A stretch of 64,000 bases of DNA from the NCBI RefSeq assembly GCF_013167455.1, contig NZ_CP038328.1; one strand, 5' to 3'. The notes beneath the pieces are model-generated. The model saw nothing but the letters and a program-made list of their open reading frames with translations. It made no database searches and was not told where the DNA came from. Of this stretch, positions 1 through 12,068 are shown piece by piece (within the stretch, counting starts at the first letter, position 1; each line of letters starts with the position of its first letter). Made by a program: the position numbers and the translations under genes. Source of the DNA: Escherichia coli O157:H7 (GTDB taxonomy: Bacteria > Pseudomonadota > Gammaproteobacteria > Enterobacterales > Enterobacteriaceae).

Positions 1-764
<764 letters not shown>

Positions 765-787
765 GGCATGCTCCAGGCCGAAAAAGC

Positions 788-1444
788 CTAGCGTAATGGA
801 ATGATATCGCCTTGCCAACCCTGTGATGAACGCTGACCGACTAACAATAATGAACCACGATCGGCGCGAACGATGAGACGACCATGTTCATCCCATAGTG
901 CACTGTTACCACGGGCATTTGCCATCAGCACAGCAATCGAGTACTGATGTGAAAAAAATTGTAAGCGACGGGCCGATGCCAGCAGGTCGGGTTCTCCCAG
1001 ACATTGCCCTGTCGTAAACAGTGAACAGGTCGGGTCCATATCCATACCTTGCGGTTGTTCATCGACCACCGTGATGGTTCTGGAACGACGGCCCAGACAT
1101 GCACCATGACTCTGATGGTAGATCCCAGGCGTTTTTCGCCACGGTGCGAACACCGCAATTCCACGAATAAAGCGATCGTTATATTCAACGGGAAGGCCGG
1201 CAATGATGGTCATTCGCCAGGTCGTTGCGGCATAACAAAGCGGGTCTAACAGTGAGAGATCGGGTGGGGCAGGAAGGGCACGTCGCGAATAATCACACCC
1301 CAGTAAAGAAAGCGATGGAAAAACTAACAGCTGACATTGTTGCCTGGCGGCGGCCCTCACAAACTCCAGATGATGAGCTACCTGTTCGGTGAGTGAGGTT
1401 TTACGAGGCTCATATTGCGCTGCTGCAACTTTCCAGAACGACAT
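788..1444 (-). CDS. yobB: C-N hydrolase (nitrilase superfamily) protein
   Basis: 218 aa track ORF; K-12 position between exoX and holE. Confidence 0.85.
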   Translation of the reverse strand: MSFWKVAAAQYEPRKTSLTEQVAHHLEFVRAAARQQCQLLVFPSLSLLGCDYSRRALPAPPDLSLLDPLCYAATTWRMTIIAGLPVEYNDRFIRGIAVFAPWRKTPGIYHQSHGACLGRRSRTITVVDEQPQGMDMDPTCSLFTTGQCLGEPDLLASARRLQFFSHQYSIAVLMANARGNSALWDEHGRLIVRADRGSLLLVGQRSSQGWQGDIIPLR

Positions 1445-1545
1445 AATGACTTCCTTTTCAAAATGACTGCAAATTATGGGTGCGGTTTAGAAAATACTCA
1501 TAATTTAGCAGGCGTTATGTAAGAAAGTGTAACTCTGTATAAGTT

Positions 1546-1776
1546 TTATTTAAGTTTGGGCTCGTAAGGTAAACGTGACAGATTGACCGAAGCCAAACGG
1601 TGGGCAATAAGCCGCTCGCGAAACCAGCTGCGCAAATGTTCAGGCTGTTCACGTTCAACCGCTTCAGCGATCACTGGCATATTGTAGCGTTCTTTAAATG
1701 CCACCCCGGCCGCCGCCAAATCGACATTCACTTTATCCATTTCTGTTTGATCCAGTTTAGCCAGATTCTTCAGCAT
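1546..1776 (-). CDS. holE: DNA polymerase III theta subunit
   Basis: Track ORF trimmed to ATG at 1776 ([35 protein letters not shown]..., 76 aa); GAGGAG Shine-Dalgarno upstream. Confidence 0.9.
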
Positions 1777-1914
1777 TCTTAATCTCCTCATCATTCGCGG
1801 GCAAAAGTTACTAAGAGTGAGCCTGGATGGCAAGCCGGAATTGATGATCCTCGACTCAGACATTAGACAAGGTTATGCTCTGTAAAAAAGTTATTACAAA
1901 AAGGAATAGATAAT

Positions 1915-2289
1915 ATGGCTTCAACTGCACGCTCCCTTCGCTACGCGCTGGCAATCCTGACCACTTCGTTGGTGACACCTTCCGTCTGGGCACATGCGCA
2001 TTTAACGCATCAGTATCCTGCGGCAAACGCGCAAGTGACAGCTGCACCGCAGGCAATCACTTTAAACTTCTCGGAAGGTGTTGAAACAGGATTCAGTGGT
2101 GCAAAAATCACGGGGCCAAAAAACGAAAATATTAAAACATTACCGGCGAAGCGAAATGAGCAGGACCAAAAGCGACTGATTGTTCCACTGGCCGATTCGC
2201 TGAAACCCGGAACCTACACCGTTGACTGGCATGTTGTTTCGGTGGACGGGCATAAAACGAAAGGACACTACACCTTTAGCGTGAAATAA
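1915..2289 (+). CDS. yobA: Periplasmic CopC-family copper-binding protein
   Basis: 124 aa with signal peptide followed by HAHL (CopC N-terminal His motif). Confidence 0.9.
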   Translation: MASTARSLRYALAILTTSLVTPSVWAHAHLTHQYPAANAQVTAAPQAITLNFSEGVETGFSGAKITGPKNENIKTLPAKRNEQDQKRLIVPLADSLKPGTYTVDWHVVSVDGHKTKGHYTFSVK

Positions 2290-2292
2290 ATC

Positions 2293-3165
2293 ATGCTGGC
2301 GTTTACCTGGATCGCGCTGCGATTTATCCATTTCACCTCGCTGATGCTGGTCTTTGGCTTCGCAATGTACGGTGCCTGGCTGGCACCCTTAACGATTCGT
2401 CGCTTGCTGACGAAGCGTTTTCTGCGTTTACAACAGCACGCTGCCGTCTGGAGTTTGATCAGTGCCACTGCAATGCTCGCCGTTCAGGGCGGGTTGATGG
2501 GAACGGGATGGAAAGATGTATTTTCGCCAAACATTTGGCAGGCTGTTTTGCAAACGCAGTTTGGTGGCGTCTGGTTATGGCAAATTGTTCTCGCCCTCGT
2601 AACGTTGATCGTCGCCCTTATGCAACCGCGGAATATGCCACGTTTGCTGTTTATGCTCACTACCGCGCAATTTATTCTGCTGGCGGGAGTGGGGCATGCG
2701 ACGCTGAATGAAGGGGTAACGGCGAAAATCCATCAGACTAATCACGCGATTCACCTGATTTGTGCGGCGGCGTGGTTTGGGGGATTACTGCCGGTGCTCT
2801 GGTGTATGCAACTCATCAAAGGCCGTTGGCGACACCAGGCTATTCAGGCGCTGATGCGTTTTTCCTGGTGCGGGCATTTTGCGGTGATCGGCGTACTGGC
2901 AAGCGGCGTGCTTAATGCATTGTTGATTACCGGATTTCCCCCCACGCTTACGACTTACTGGGGCCAACTCTTATTGCTCAAAGCCATCCTGGTGATGATT
3001 ATGGTGGTCATTGCGCTGGCTAATCGTTATGTTCTTGTACCGCGCATGAGGCAGGATGAAGATCGTGCGGCACCCTGGTTTGTGTGGATGACTAAACTCG
3101 AATGGGCGATAGGTGCGGTAGTGCTGCTGATCATCAGCCTGCTTGCGACTCTCGAACCTTTTTGA
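2293..3165 (+). CDS. yebZ: CopD-family inner-membrane protein
   Basis: 290 aa polytopic membrane protein starting 4 nt after yobA (operon). Confidence 0.9.
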   Translation: MLAFTWIALRFIHFTSLMLVFGFAMYGAWLAPLTIRRLLTKRFLRLQQHAAVWSLISATAMLAVQGGLMGTGWKDVFSPNIWQAVLQTQFGGVWLWQIVLALVTLIVALMQPRNMPRLLFMLTTAQFILLAGVGHATLNEGVTAKIHQTNHAIHLICAAAWFGGLLPVLWCMQLIKGRWRHQAIQALMRFSWCGHFAVIGVLASGVLNALLITGFPPTLTTYWGQLLLLKAILVMIMVVIALANRYVLVPRMRQDEDRAAPWFVWMTKLEWAIGAVVLLIISLLATLEPF

Positions 3166-3177
3166 TGGATTACGAAA

Positions 3178-3519
3178 ATGATGAAAAAAAGTATTCTGGC
3201 GTTTCTGTTACTCACCAGTTCTGCAGCGGCGCTGGCTGCACCGCAGGTGATTACCGTCAGCCGTTTTGAAGTGGGTAAAGACAAATGGGCGTTTAATCGC
3301 GAAGAGGTGATGCTGACTTGCCGACCGGGTAATGCTTTGTATGTCATCAACCCAAGTACCCTCGTGCAGTATCCTTTAAACGATGTCGCACAGAAGGAAG
3401 TTGCCAGTGGGAAGACTAAAGCCCAACCCATTTCGGTGATTCAGATTGATGATCCCAACAATCCCGGCGAAAAAATGAGTCTGGCACCGTTTATAGAACG
3501 AGCTGAAAAACTCTGTTAA
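3178..3519 (+). CDS. yebY: Secreted DUF2511-family protein
   Basis: 113 aa with signal peptide; third gene of the yobA-yebZ-yebY operon. Confidence 0.85.
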   Translation: MMKKSILAFLLLTSSAAALAAPQVITVSRFEVGKDKWAFNREEVMLTCRPGNALYVINPSTLVQYPLNDVAQKEVASGKTKAQPISVIQIDDPNNPGEKMSLAPFIERAEKLC

Positions 3520-3548
3520 TTACCTAAAATAGCCTTTTGATTTCCAAT

Positions 3549-3591
3549 AAAAAAACCGCCTCAGTTCTTTCACCAGAACGGGCGGTTTTTA
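3549..3591. terminator. Bidirectional intrinsic terminator downstream of yebY
   Basis: Hairpin AACCGCC...GGCGGTT flanked by an A-tract on the 5' side and a T-tract on the 3' side, so it is terminator-like on both strands. Confidence 0.6.
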
Positions 3592-3639
3592 ACATTTAAG
3601 CTGATGACCACCGCGCTTTTTATTGACCATTTTGCACGC

Positions 3640-3677
3640 AAACTGGAAAACCTGGCGTCGTCATCTATTCTTAAAGG
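3640..3677 (+). promoter_or_regulatory. Sigma-S-type promoter of sdsR
   Basis: TCTATTCT (-10 TATTCT with upstream C) ending 6 nt before the SdsR 5' end. Confidence 0.45.
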
Positions 3678-3780
3678 GCAAGGCAACTAAGCCTGCATTA
3701 ATGCCAACTTTTAGCGCACGGCTCTCTCCCAAGAGCCATTTCCCTGGACCGAATACAGGAATCGTGTTCGGTCTCTTTTT
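3678..3780 (+). ncRNA. sdsR: Small regulatory RNA SdsR (RyeB)
   Basis: Sequence GCAAGGCAACTAAGCCTGCATTAATGCC...GTTCGGTCTCTTTTT matches remembered SdsR; ends in a hairpin (GACCGAA/TTCGGTC) plus T-tract; lies in the yebY-pphA intergenic region as in K-12. Confidence 0.75.
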
Positions 3781-3914
3781 ATCTGTTAAAAGCCAGAAGC
3801 ATTTCCTTCGCTGACTTTATAGTCAACCATAACACACACTCTACTGTCTGAGTCCAGCGTTTTTTAACATTCTTGTTAAGATTATGTGATCTTTAGCGCG
3901 GGAGGAAAATATTG

Positions 3915-4571
3915 ATGAAACAGCCTGCGCCCGTTTATCAGAGAATTGCGGGTCATCAATGGCGACATATCTGGCTTTCTGGCGATATACACGGTTGTCT
4001 TGAGCAGTTGCGCCGCAAATTATGGCATTGTCGTTTTGATCCGTGGCGAGATTTACTTATCTCAGTGGGAGACGTTATCGATCGTGGGCCGCAAAGTTTA
4101 CGTTGTCTGCAGTTACTGGAACAACATTGGGTTCGTGCGGTAAGAGGCAATCATGAACAGATGGCGATGGATGCGCTGGCATCCCAGCAGATGTCTTTGT
4201 GGTTGATGAATGGCGGCGACTGGTTTATTGCGCTGGCAGATAATCAACAGAAACAAGCGAAAACGGCGCTGGAAAAATGTCAGCATTTGCCCTTTATTCT
4301 TGAAGTACACAGCCGCACCGGCAAACATGTTATTGCTCATGCCGATTATCCAGATGATGTTTATGAATGGCAAAAGGACGTTGATTTGCATCAGGTCTTG
4401 TGGAGCCGCTCGCGATTAAGTGAACGCCAAAAAGGGCAGGGAATTACAGGTGCTGATCATTTCTGGTTTGGTCATACACCGTTGCGCCATCGCGTGGATA
4501 TTGGCAACCTGCATTATATTGATACCGGCGCTGTCTTTGGGGGCGAACTGACTTTCGTGCAATTGCAATAA
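3915..4571 (+). CDS. pphA: Serine/threonine protein phosphatase 1 (metallophosphatase)
   Basis: Motifs GDIHG, GDVIDRG and GNHE in the translation; 218 aa from the second ATG. Confidence 0.9.
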   Translation: MKQPAPVYQRIAGHQWRHIWLSGDIHGCLEQLRRKLWHCRFDPWRDLLISVGDVIDRGPQSLRCLQLLEQHWVRAVRGNHEQMAMDALASQQMSLWLMNGGDWFIALADNQQKQAKTALEKCQHLPFILEVHSRTGKHVIAHADYPDDVYEWQKDVDLHQVLWSRSRLSERQKGQGITGADHFWFGHTPLRHRVDIGNLHYIDTGAVFGGELTFVQLQ

Positions 4572-4763
4572 TTAAAAATCACCATACTCCTGTGCTGGTC
4601 GCCAGAAACCATCTATAAAATCCTCAATCGGAAAACAACCGCCATGACGGATCCGTTGATCGCTCATAGAATAAAGACACTGCTGTTCCGTGTTGTAGAC
4701 ATCCACAACAATATCTTCACAACCGCCATCCAGGTAGCAAACAAAAAGTACCAGCGCGAACAT
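4572..4763 (-). CDS. yebW: Uncharacterized small protein YebW
   Basis: Track ORF trimmed to ATG at 4763 (MFALVLFVCYLDGG..., 63 aa); stop abuts pphA stop. Confidence 0.7.
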   Translation of the reverse strand: MFALVLFVCYLDGGCEDIVVDVYNTEQQCLYSMSDQRIRHGGCFPIEDFIDGFWRPAQEYGDF

Positions 4764-4867
4764 TTCATCCCCGAAGTGTGGTGCCGTACCGTTAAGTTTA
4801 GGAGAGATTTTACAACGGGGGAATAACCAGGACAAATAACCCGCCATGCCGACGGGTTCTTTTTGGA

Positions 4868-5104
4868 TCAGGCAAGACGCATAATCCAGGCATCAGATTG
4901 TTGATCGTAACGGGTACGGTAAAGGACAGAGTGTTCGCCATTTAGCAGGGCAGGGATACTGGTTTCAGCATCCCAGGCATCCAGTTGCATACATAAATCG
5001 GGGTCTGATTTACAAGGAATGGTTAACGTTCGATCACCCGGCGATTCACCGTGTAATTCGCCGTCGTCGATTTCAAAAGCGCCTATGCGCACACTGGTTT
5101 TCAT
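4868..5104 (-). CDS. yebV: Uncharacterized protein YebV
   Basis: Track ORF trimmed to ATG at 5104 (MKTSVRIGAFEIDDGELHGE..., 78 aa). Confidence 0.85.
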   Translation of the reverse strand: MKTSVRIGAFEIDDGELHGESPGDRTLTIPCKSDPDLCMQLDAWDAETSIPALLNGEHSVLYRTRYDQQSDAWIMRLA

Positions 5105-5221
5105 CTTCGTGCTCTCCATTTAGCTGCCGGTTGTGGTACGACCAGTCCGATCGCACCATTTTTCAGCCTAGTTGAGGCCGCCGAATGTGCCAGTCAAAAA
5201 GTGCGCTTTTTTTGTGCGCTG

Positions 5222-6661
5222 TCATGCGTTACTGGTAAAAAGTTTCCCGTCCCGCACCAGTTCACGCGGGTAGCTGTTTTTCAGTCGCGAACCAATCCGT
5301 TTGGCTAAACCAATCGGCTGATGCTGGAAAGTAACCAACACGTCATCCGCCACTGGCGCGGCTTGCGGGTAAACATCGCGCCCGCGATACCACTCCTCCG
5401 CTTCTTGCGGTGTCAGTTCAAAAGCGTTCTCGTTGTCGGGGGAGGCAAGGGCAATAACCGCTTCATGCTGCCAGCGATAACCTTTGTTGTGCGTTTCGGC
5501 AAGTTTAATCCCCAGGCGAGAAAATCGGACTTTACCGATCAGGGCTTCAATGCCTACCGGAAACAACCACACTTCTTTGTCGCGCTGCCAGAGTCGCAGG
5601 TTTCCATCCCAGTTTAAGCCAACACTTGCAGCCGCCTGACGAATTTGTGCGGCTTCGCGATCTTTCACCGGGCTGAACGGGAAATTGCCCACTTTGTATT
5701 TTGGGGTGGGTAAGGCGGGAATGGCCTGAGTTTTACGCAGACGAGCAACGAAGAAGCCTTCGCAGTCGTAAATTTGTGGGAAAACATGCAAAAAGCCTTC
5801 TTCGGTCAGCGCTTTGTTTGCACCAGGGAAGAGATCGCCAAGTGGTAAAAACTCTACTGCGTCGGGGTAAGTCTCTTTAAGCCACAGGCAAACGGATTCG
5901 TTTTCTTCCCGGTTTAAGGTACAGGTCGAGTAAACCAGTGTACCGCCAGAGCGTAATGCATGAAAGGCACTGTCGATCAGTTCCCGTTGGGTAGCTGCGA
6001 TTTCCTGATTGCTTTCTGGTGACCAATTTTTTAGCGCATCGGGATCTTTACGCACCACGCCTTCGCCGGAGCAGGGAGCGTCCAGCAAAATGGCATCGAA
6101 CATTTCTGGCAATGCCGCACCAAACACGCGGCCATCAAAATGTGTGAGCGCAACATTACTGATACCACAGCGGCTGATATTGGCATGTAACACTTTTACC
6201 CGACTGGCGGAAAACTCATTGGCAAGGATTGCCCCTTCGTTATTCATCCGCGCGGCAATTTGCGTCGTTTTGGAGCCTGGCGCAGCAGCGACATCCATCA
6301 CCCGCTGTGGTGCATTACCGTCAGCAAACAAGGCGGCGACGGGCAACATTGAACTGGCTTCCTGAATATAAAACAGGCCACTTAAATGCTCGGCGGTACT
6401 ACCCAATGGCAATGCATCTTCATCGTCGCGTTCAATCCAGAAACCTTCTTCACACCACGGAATTGGCGTAAGCGTCCAGCCATAAGGAGCGGTTAATCGC
6501 AGGAAATCAGCAACGGAGGTTTTCAGCGTATTAACGCGAATGCTGCGGCGCAACGGGCGCTGACAGGCGGCAAGAAAATCATCAAAAGAGAGCGTCGAAG
6601 GCATTGCTTCGCGCATTTGCGTCAGAAAGGCGTCCGGGAAATAAACGGTGTGTTGGGCCAC
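5222..6661 (-). CDS. rsmF: 16S rRNA m5C1407 methyltransferase (NOL1/NOP2/Sun family)
   Basis: SAM-methyltransferase motifs [10 protein letters not shown] and DAPCSGEG; start set at GTG 6661 for the recalled 479 aa (ATG at 6667 is an alternative); track ORF is over-extended upstream. Confidence 0.85.
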
Positions 6662-6741
6662 GAGCATATACCACTGGCAAAAAAAACAGGCGCGCAGTTT
6701 AGCATAAACGCTCCGGCGCAGGCACGCCGGAGCAGTGGGCA

Positions 6742-9375
6742 TTATTTGGGAAGCGCAGTTCCCCATTCACGCCACTCTTTCGGTTCACTTTCCTGCAACA
6801 GGAAGTGCTTGCCTTCCTGGGCTTTCGGTGCCAGTGGCGTACCCGGAGGCGTGGCGAAGGCGATGCCGCCACGGATAAACTGGTTAAAGGTGCCGGTTTT
6901 CACTACGCCGCCCGTCAGACCAAAGTCCAGACTGTAACCCGATGCCAACCAGAAGACGGAATTGTTACGCACCAGGTGTTGATAGCGTTTACTGATGCGC
7001 ATCGCAATCATCACGCGATCTGACAATGTCCCCAGCGTCATTCCGGTAACCGTACCGACTTCCAGACCACGGAACAGCACAGGCGTACCGATGCCTAACG
7101 AACAGGCTTCCGGCGCTTCAACAATAATGCTTAAACCATCCAGGTAACGCGAATCAGTAATGGTGGCCTCTTGTAATTCAAAGTCGCGACGAGGATTGCC
7201 ACGGCCTGGTTCGACGTTGATATACGGCTGGAGGATAGTATCAAGATGCTCAACGCCAGCTGCCGAAATTTGCGGTGTGACCACTGAGAAGCGCGTACCA
7301 CCGCGAGCAAAGGTCTGGACATATTCCGGATAGAGCACCGCCTTTGCCTGTACTTCATTGCGCGCGGTAATCAGATCCAGCGTCTGGATTTGCCCGATAT
7401 CAATACCGAGATAGCGAATTGGCATCCCGACCGCCAGTTTTCCGGCATCGAAAGCATGAAGCGTAATCTGCCCGCCAACCGCACGGGCCGCTGTTTCGGA
7501 AGCATACAGAATACGCTTATCGCCTTTACGCTGACTGGCGCTGGCACCGCTGAGGTTATCGAAGCTAATGGCTCCCTTTAATGCTCTGGAGAGTGGGGAT
7601 GCCTGTACGGTCAGGCCACTACCATTCAGCTGAACTTTCGCCCCGCCTTCTGCCCAGAACACGCTATTGTTGGTCAGAAGGTTGCGATACTCCGGCTTAA
7701 TATGCAGATCGATATCAAACGCGTTAGCTCGCGGACGCACGGTAATAACTTCACCAACTTCAAATTTACGGTACAGCACTACCGATCCTGCCTGCACATC
7801 CGGCAGCGTCTCTGCACTCAAACTCACGGTTGTGGTGGGTAAATCGCTAAGGCTGTTCTCCAGCGCTTTTTCCAGATTGGCATACAGTGGATAGCTGGCT
7901 TTCATCTCACCTTTATCGCCCGGCAGAATACGTATCCCGCCATTGATCCATTCTGAGGCGCTGGCACCGAGAAACTCAACGCCATCCAGCCCCACCTTCA
8001 CATCGACACGGCTGTTGACGACAAATTTGCTATCGCCTTTTACCAGTTCGCGATGCTGAGGCTCAATGGCGACGGTAAAGGTAACGCCTTTGCTGGTGAG
8101 TTTACGATCAATAACCTGGCCTACCTGCACGCCGTGAAGAATGAGCGGCTGACCAGCATCAATACCGTAACTTTCCGGTGCTGTCAGGGTCAGTGTCAGA
8201 ACATCAGGTTCATGCAGCAGTGCTTTTTCGCCTGGCACAACAACGAACTCTTTGCGTGGCTCGCCATCGCCAGGCACCAACTCAAAGGTTTTTCCGGTCA
8301 GCAGGGCGCTGAGATTGGCATCGCTAAGGGATAATTTCGGGTTGCGTAATTCGATGCGGGTATTTTCCCGTAACAGCGTAACGACGCTGGGATCAACGGT
8401 CATTTCTCCGGTGACTTTACCACCAGGATTTAAATCCAGTTTAGTCAGCTGTCCGACTTCCAGCCCCTGATACATTAACGGCGTCGAGTCGGCGGTTAAT
8501 CCGGCCCCACTCGGCAGTTCCAGTTTTATTATTACGCCACGCTGGCTGTGGGCCAGATCTTCATACAGACCAAAGGTATCTTCCGCCTCGGCAGGTTTCG
8601 ACTCTTCTGGTGAATCGAAGGCAATCGCACCGTTAACCAGTGCCGCCAGACTTTCCAGTTTCACCTTCGCGCCACTGATACTGACGTTGGCATCAACGCC
8701 TGAAACGTTCCAGAAACGGCTACCTTTTTTCACCAGGTCGGTAAAACGCCGCTCGATCAGGACATCAATCACCACGCCTTGTTTATTGGGATTGATGGCA
8801 TAGTCGTAGACTTTTCCCACCGGGATCTTGCGGAAATAGACCAATGAACCGCTGTTCAGCGAACCGAGATCGGGAGCTTGCAGGTGGATCATCAGATCGC
8901 CGTTATCCAGCCGATACTTCGGTTGGGTATCGAGCGCGACAAAGTGATCCTGCTCTTTACCTTTACCTGGCATCATGCCGATATAGTTACCACCGACGAG
9001 GGCGTCCAGCCCGGAGACACCTGCCAACGATGCTTTTGGCGTCACCAGCCAGAACTGAGTCTCTTCGCGCAGCGCATCTTTCATATCGGACTTGATGCTG
9101 ACCTTGACTTCAATCTTACGAAGATCGTCGCTGAGGCTGATATCCTGCACTGTTCCGACTTCAACGCCCTGATAACGAACAGGCGTACGGCCCGGGACAA
9201 TACCATCCGCCGACATAAAGTCGATGGTGACGGTATTACCCCGGTCCTGATAACTGTCCCAAATCAGCCAACCGGCAATCATTAGCGCGATGAACGGCAG
9301 CAGCCAGAAAGGTGAGATACGGCGTTTATTTTTAATCTGCGCTTCAGTCGTCGAAGCGGGCGTTTCCTGACTCAT
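6742..9375 (-). CDS. letB: Periplasm-spanning multi-MCE-domain lipid transport protein LetB (YebT)
   Basis: 877 aa from ATG 9375 ([28 protein letters not shown]...), one N-terminal TM then long repetitive beta-rich body; overlaps letA stop by 32 nt. Confidence 0.9.
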
Positions 9376-10627
9376 GTGCATCCCAAAGTAAGCGGCTGTC
9401 CAGCCATTCCACAGCAAGAATAGTCAAAATTACCGCTGCGCCGAAATAAAACGCAGCCGGTCCCATAGTAAAAGCGAGGATCTGATCGCGATTAATCAGC
9501 GACATGGTTAAAGATATGACAAACAGGTCGAGCATCGACCAGCGACCAATCCAGGTCACCATCCGCAGTAACAGAATGCGTGTGCGTAAACCTTGCTGGC
9601 ATTTAAAATGAATGCTCAACAGTAAAGTGAACATGACGATCACTTTAGTAAACGGTACCAGAATACTGGCGATAAACACGATTCCTGCAACCGCAATGTT
9701 GCTACTTGCCAGCGACATAATTCCGGAAAGAATTGTATCTTCCTGCCGTCCTCCGTTCAGATAAATGATAGAAATAGGCAACAGGTTGGCAGGTAACAAT
9801 AAAACGATTGACGCTAACAGCGCCGCCCAGCATTTTTGCAGACTATGACGGCGACGCAGGCGTAGCGGAATATGACAACGCGGGCAGCGACCACGCTGAT
9901 CAGGATAGCCGGTAAAATGGCACCCAAGACAGACACGAAGTTTCTCGTCCCTACGCGTAGCGGGGCGCTGCGGATAAAATCGCTCCCACAGCTCCTCGAC
10001 ATTAAGATGTGACAACGTCACCGTCGTTAAAATCACCAACGCCACAAAAGAGAACAAGCCGACACCCGCCTGGATATGGGCATAATCCTGTACCTTTATA
10101 GAAGCAACGCCAATGCCGACCAGGTAGATATCGAGCATTACCCACTCTTTAAGTCGCTCAAGCATCAGCAGTACCGGGCGTAGATTCATTCCCAGTCGGT
10201 TACCAAACCATAAATAAGCTATGGAGGTCACCAGAATGAGCGGGGCACCAATAACGCAGAAAAAGACCATCGACCCCGTTATCGCATCGCCCTGTTTGGT
10301 CATTTGCCAGATGCCTTGCATAACGTTGGCGTCAATACGAATGCCTAACAGCCAGATATGCAACAGCGGTTCGCCCCAGGCAAACGGCATCAGCAACAGC
10401 ATGGTGAAGGCCATTGCCGCCAGGCGCGTTAGCGACCAGTCGCGCCCGTCACGAATTTTTGCCTGACAGCGCGGACAATAGGCACTTTGATGAGAATTTA
10501 TCTCGGGCAGGCTAAACAGCATGTCACATTGCGGGCAACGTTGGTAATCACCACGCGGCAGTTCCTCGCCGATTGCCCTCACTGTTATCTTTTTTGTCGG
10601 CGTAATTTGTGGTGTGTTAAGAGCCAT
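9344..10627 (-). CDS. letA: PqiA-family inner-membrane protein LetA (YebS)
   Basis: 427 aa; two CxxC pairs (CPQCD...CPRC, CLGCH...CPRCH) and polytopic TM segments. Confidence 0.9.
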
Positions 10628-10756
10628 GACGTGCCAAATGTAATAAGAATTAACATTAATCTTAACCCATGATGGGAATGATCTTGAGCATTAACGCATT
10701 TAATGCTTATTTTAATAGGCTGGCAGTTCCAGGTAAGACAACCAAGTGATTATATA

Positions 10757-11254
10757 ATGAACAAAACAGAATTTTACGCGGATTTAAATCGCGACTTTAA
10801 CGCGCTGATGGCGGGAGAAACCAGTTTTCTGGCAACGCTTGCGAACACCAGTGCGTTGTTATATGAGCGTCTCACTGACGTAAACTGGGCAGGTTTTTAT
10901 TTGCTTGAGGACGATACACTGGTGCTCGGACCATTTCAGGGCAAAATTGCCTGTGTCCGGATACCCGTCGGGCGTGGCGTGTGCGGCACTGCGGTTGCCC
11001 GCAATCAAGTGCAGCGTATCGAGGATGTTCATGCGTTTGACGGGCATATTGCCTGTGATGCGGCGAGTAATTCTGAAATTGTTCTGCCGCTGGTGGTGAA
11101 AAATCAGATTATTGGTGTTCTCGACATCGATAGTACCGTCTTCGGTCGCTTTACAGACGAGGACGAGCAAGGCTTACGTCAGCTTGTGGCACAGCTTGAA
11201 AAAGTGCTTGCAACGACGGATTACAAAAAATTCTTTGCGAGCGTCGCAGGATAA
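10757..11254 (+). CDS. msrC: Free methionine-(R)-sulfoxide reductase (GAF domain)
   Basis: Track ORF trimmed to ATG 10757 (MNKTEFYADLNRDF..., 165 aa). Confidence 0.85.
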   Translation: MNKTEFYADLNRDFNALMAGETSFLATLANTSALLYERLTDVNWAGFYLLEDDTLVLGPFQGKIACVRIPVGRGVCGTAVARNQVQRIEDVHAFDGHIACDAASNSEIVLPLVVKNQIIGVLDIDSTVFGRFTDEDEQGLRQLVAQLEKVLATTDYKKFFASVAG

Positions 11255-11350
11255 TCAACGGATAACGTAGCATTTACTGATAGCGTCATTATAATGACGC
11301 CTGTTCATGCCTGCGCTTGTTGGCTACGTCCGTTGTAATCAGGAAATTTC

Positions 11351-12049
11351 ATGGAAAATCAACCTAAGTTGAATAGCAGTAAAGAAGTAATCGCGTTTCT
11401 GGCCGAACGTTTTCCCCACTGTTTCAGTGCGGAAGGTGAAGCGCGTCCGCTGAAAATCGGTATTTTTCAGGATTTGGTCGATCGTGTTGCCGGGGAAATG
11501 AACCTGAGCAAAACGCAATTACGATCCGCTTTACGTCTCTACACTTCGAGCTGGCGTTACCTTTACGGTGTTAAACCCGGCGCAACGCGTGTCGATCTTG
11601 ACGGCAACCCATGCGGTGAGCTGGACGAGCAACATGTAGAGCATGCTCGCAAGCAGCTTGAAGAAGCGAAAGCGCGTGTTCAGGCACAGCGTGCTGAACA
11701 GCAAGCGAAAAAACGCGAAGCTGCCGCAGCTGCTGGTGAGAAAGAAGACGCACCGCGTCGCGAACGCAAGCCACGTCCGACCACGCCACGCCGCAAAGAA
11801 GGCGCTGAACGTAAACCTCGTGCGCAAAAGCCGGTAGAGAAAGCGCCAAAAACAGCAAAAGCACCTCGCGAAGAACAGCACACCCCAGTTTCTGACATTT
11901 CAGCTCTGACTGTCGGACAAGCCCTGAAGGTGAAAGCGGGTCAAAACGCGATGGATGCCACCGTATTAGAAATCACCAAAGACGGCGTCCGCGTCCAGCT
12001 GAATTCGGGTATGTCTTTGATTGTGCGCGCAGAACACCTGGTGTTCTGA
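11351..12049 (+). CDS. proQ: RNA chaperone ProQ
   Basis: 232 aa; FinO-like N-terminal domain, K/A/R/E-rich linker, C-terminal domain; followed by prc. Confidence 0.95.
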   Translation: MENQPKLNSSKEVIAFLAERFPHCFSAEGEARPLKIGIFQDLVDRVAGEMNLSKTQLRSALRLYTSSWRYLYGVKPGATRVDLDGNPCGELDEQHVEHARKQLEEAKARVQAQRAEQQAKKREAAAAAGEKEDAPRRERKPRPTTPRRKEGAERKPRAQKPVEKAPKTAKAPREEQHTPVSDISALTVGQALKVKAGQNAMDATVLEITKDGVRVQLNSGMSLIVRAEHLVF

Positions 12050-12068
12050 AACGGAGGCCGGGCCAGGC

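Larger units (their letters stand above)
3549..3797 (-). ncRNA. ryeA: Antisense sRNA RyeA (SraC) overlapping SdsR; boundaries approximate
   Basis: Recalled to be about 250 nt and encoded opposite SdsR; the only strong minus-strand terminator is the bidirectional hairpin at 3549-3591. Ends are inferred, not read. Confidence 0.3.

Noticed and set aside
5222-6766. 514-aa track ORF for rsmF, and similar long track ORFs for yebQ, letB, prc, msrC, yeaW, dgcJ, yoaB, holE and exoX
   Set aside because: These are in-frame upstream extensions; internal starts with ribosome-binding sites reproduce the known protein lengths.
6805-9285. Multiple plus-strand ORFs of 60-135 aa antisense to letB
   Set aside because: Shadow ORFs inside a long, well-supported gene; no ribosome-binding sites or protein-like composition.
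11531-11898. Cluster of overlapping ORFs on both strands inside proQ
   Set aside because: Artefact of the GC-rich, repetitive codons of the ProQ K/A/R/E-rich linker; no independent start signals.
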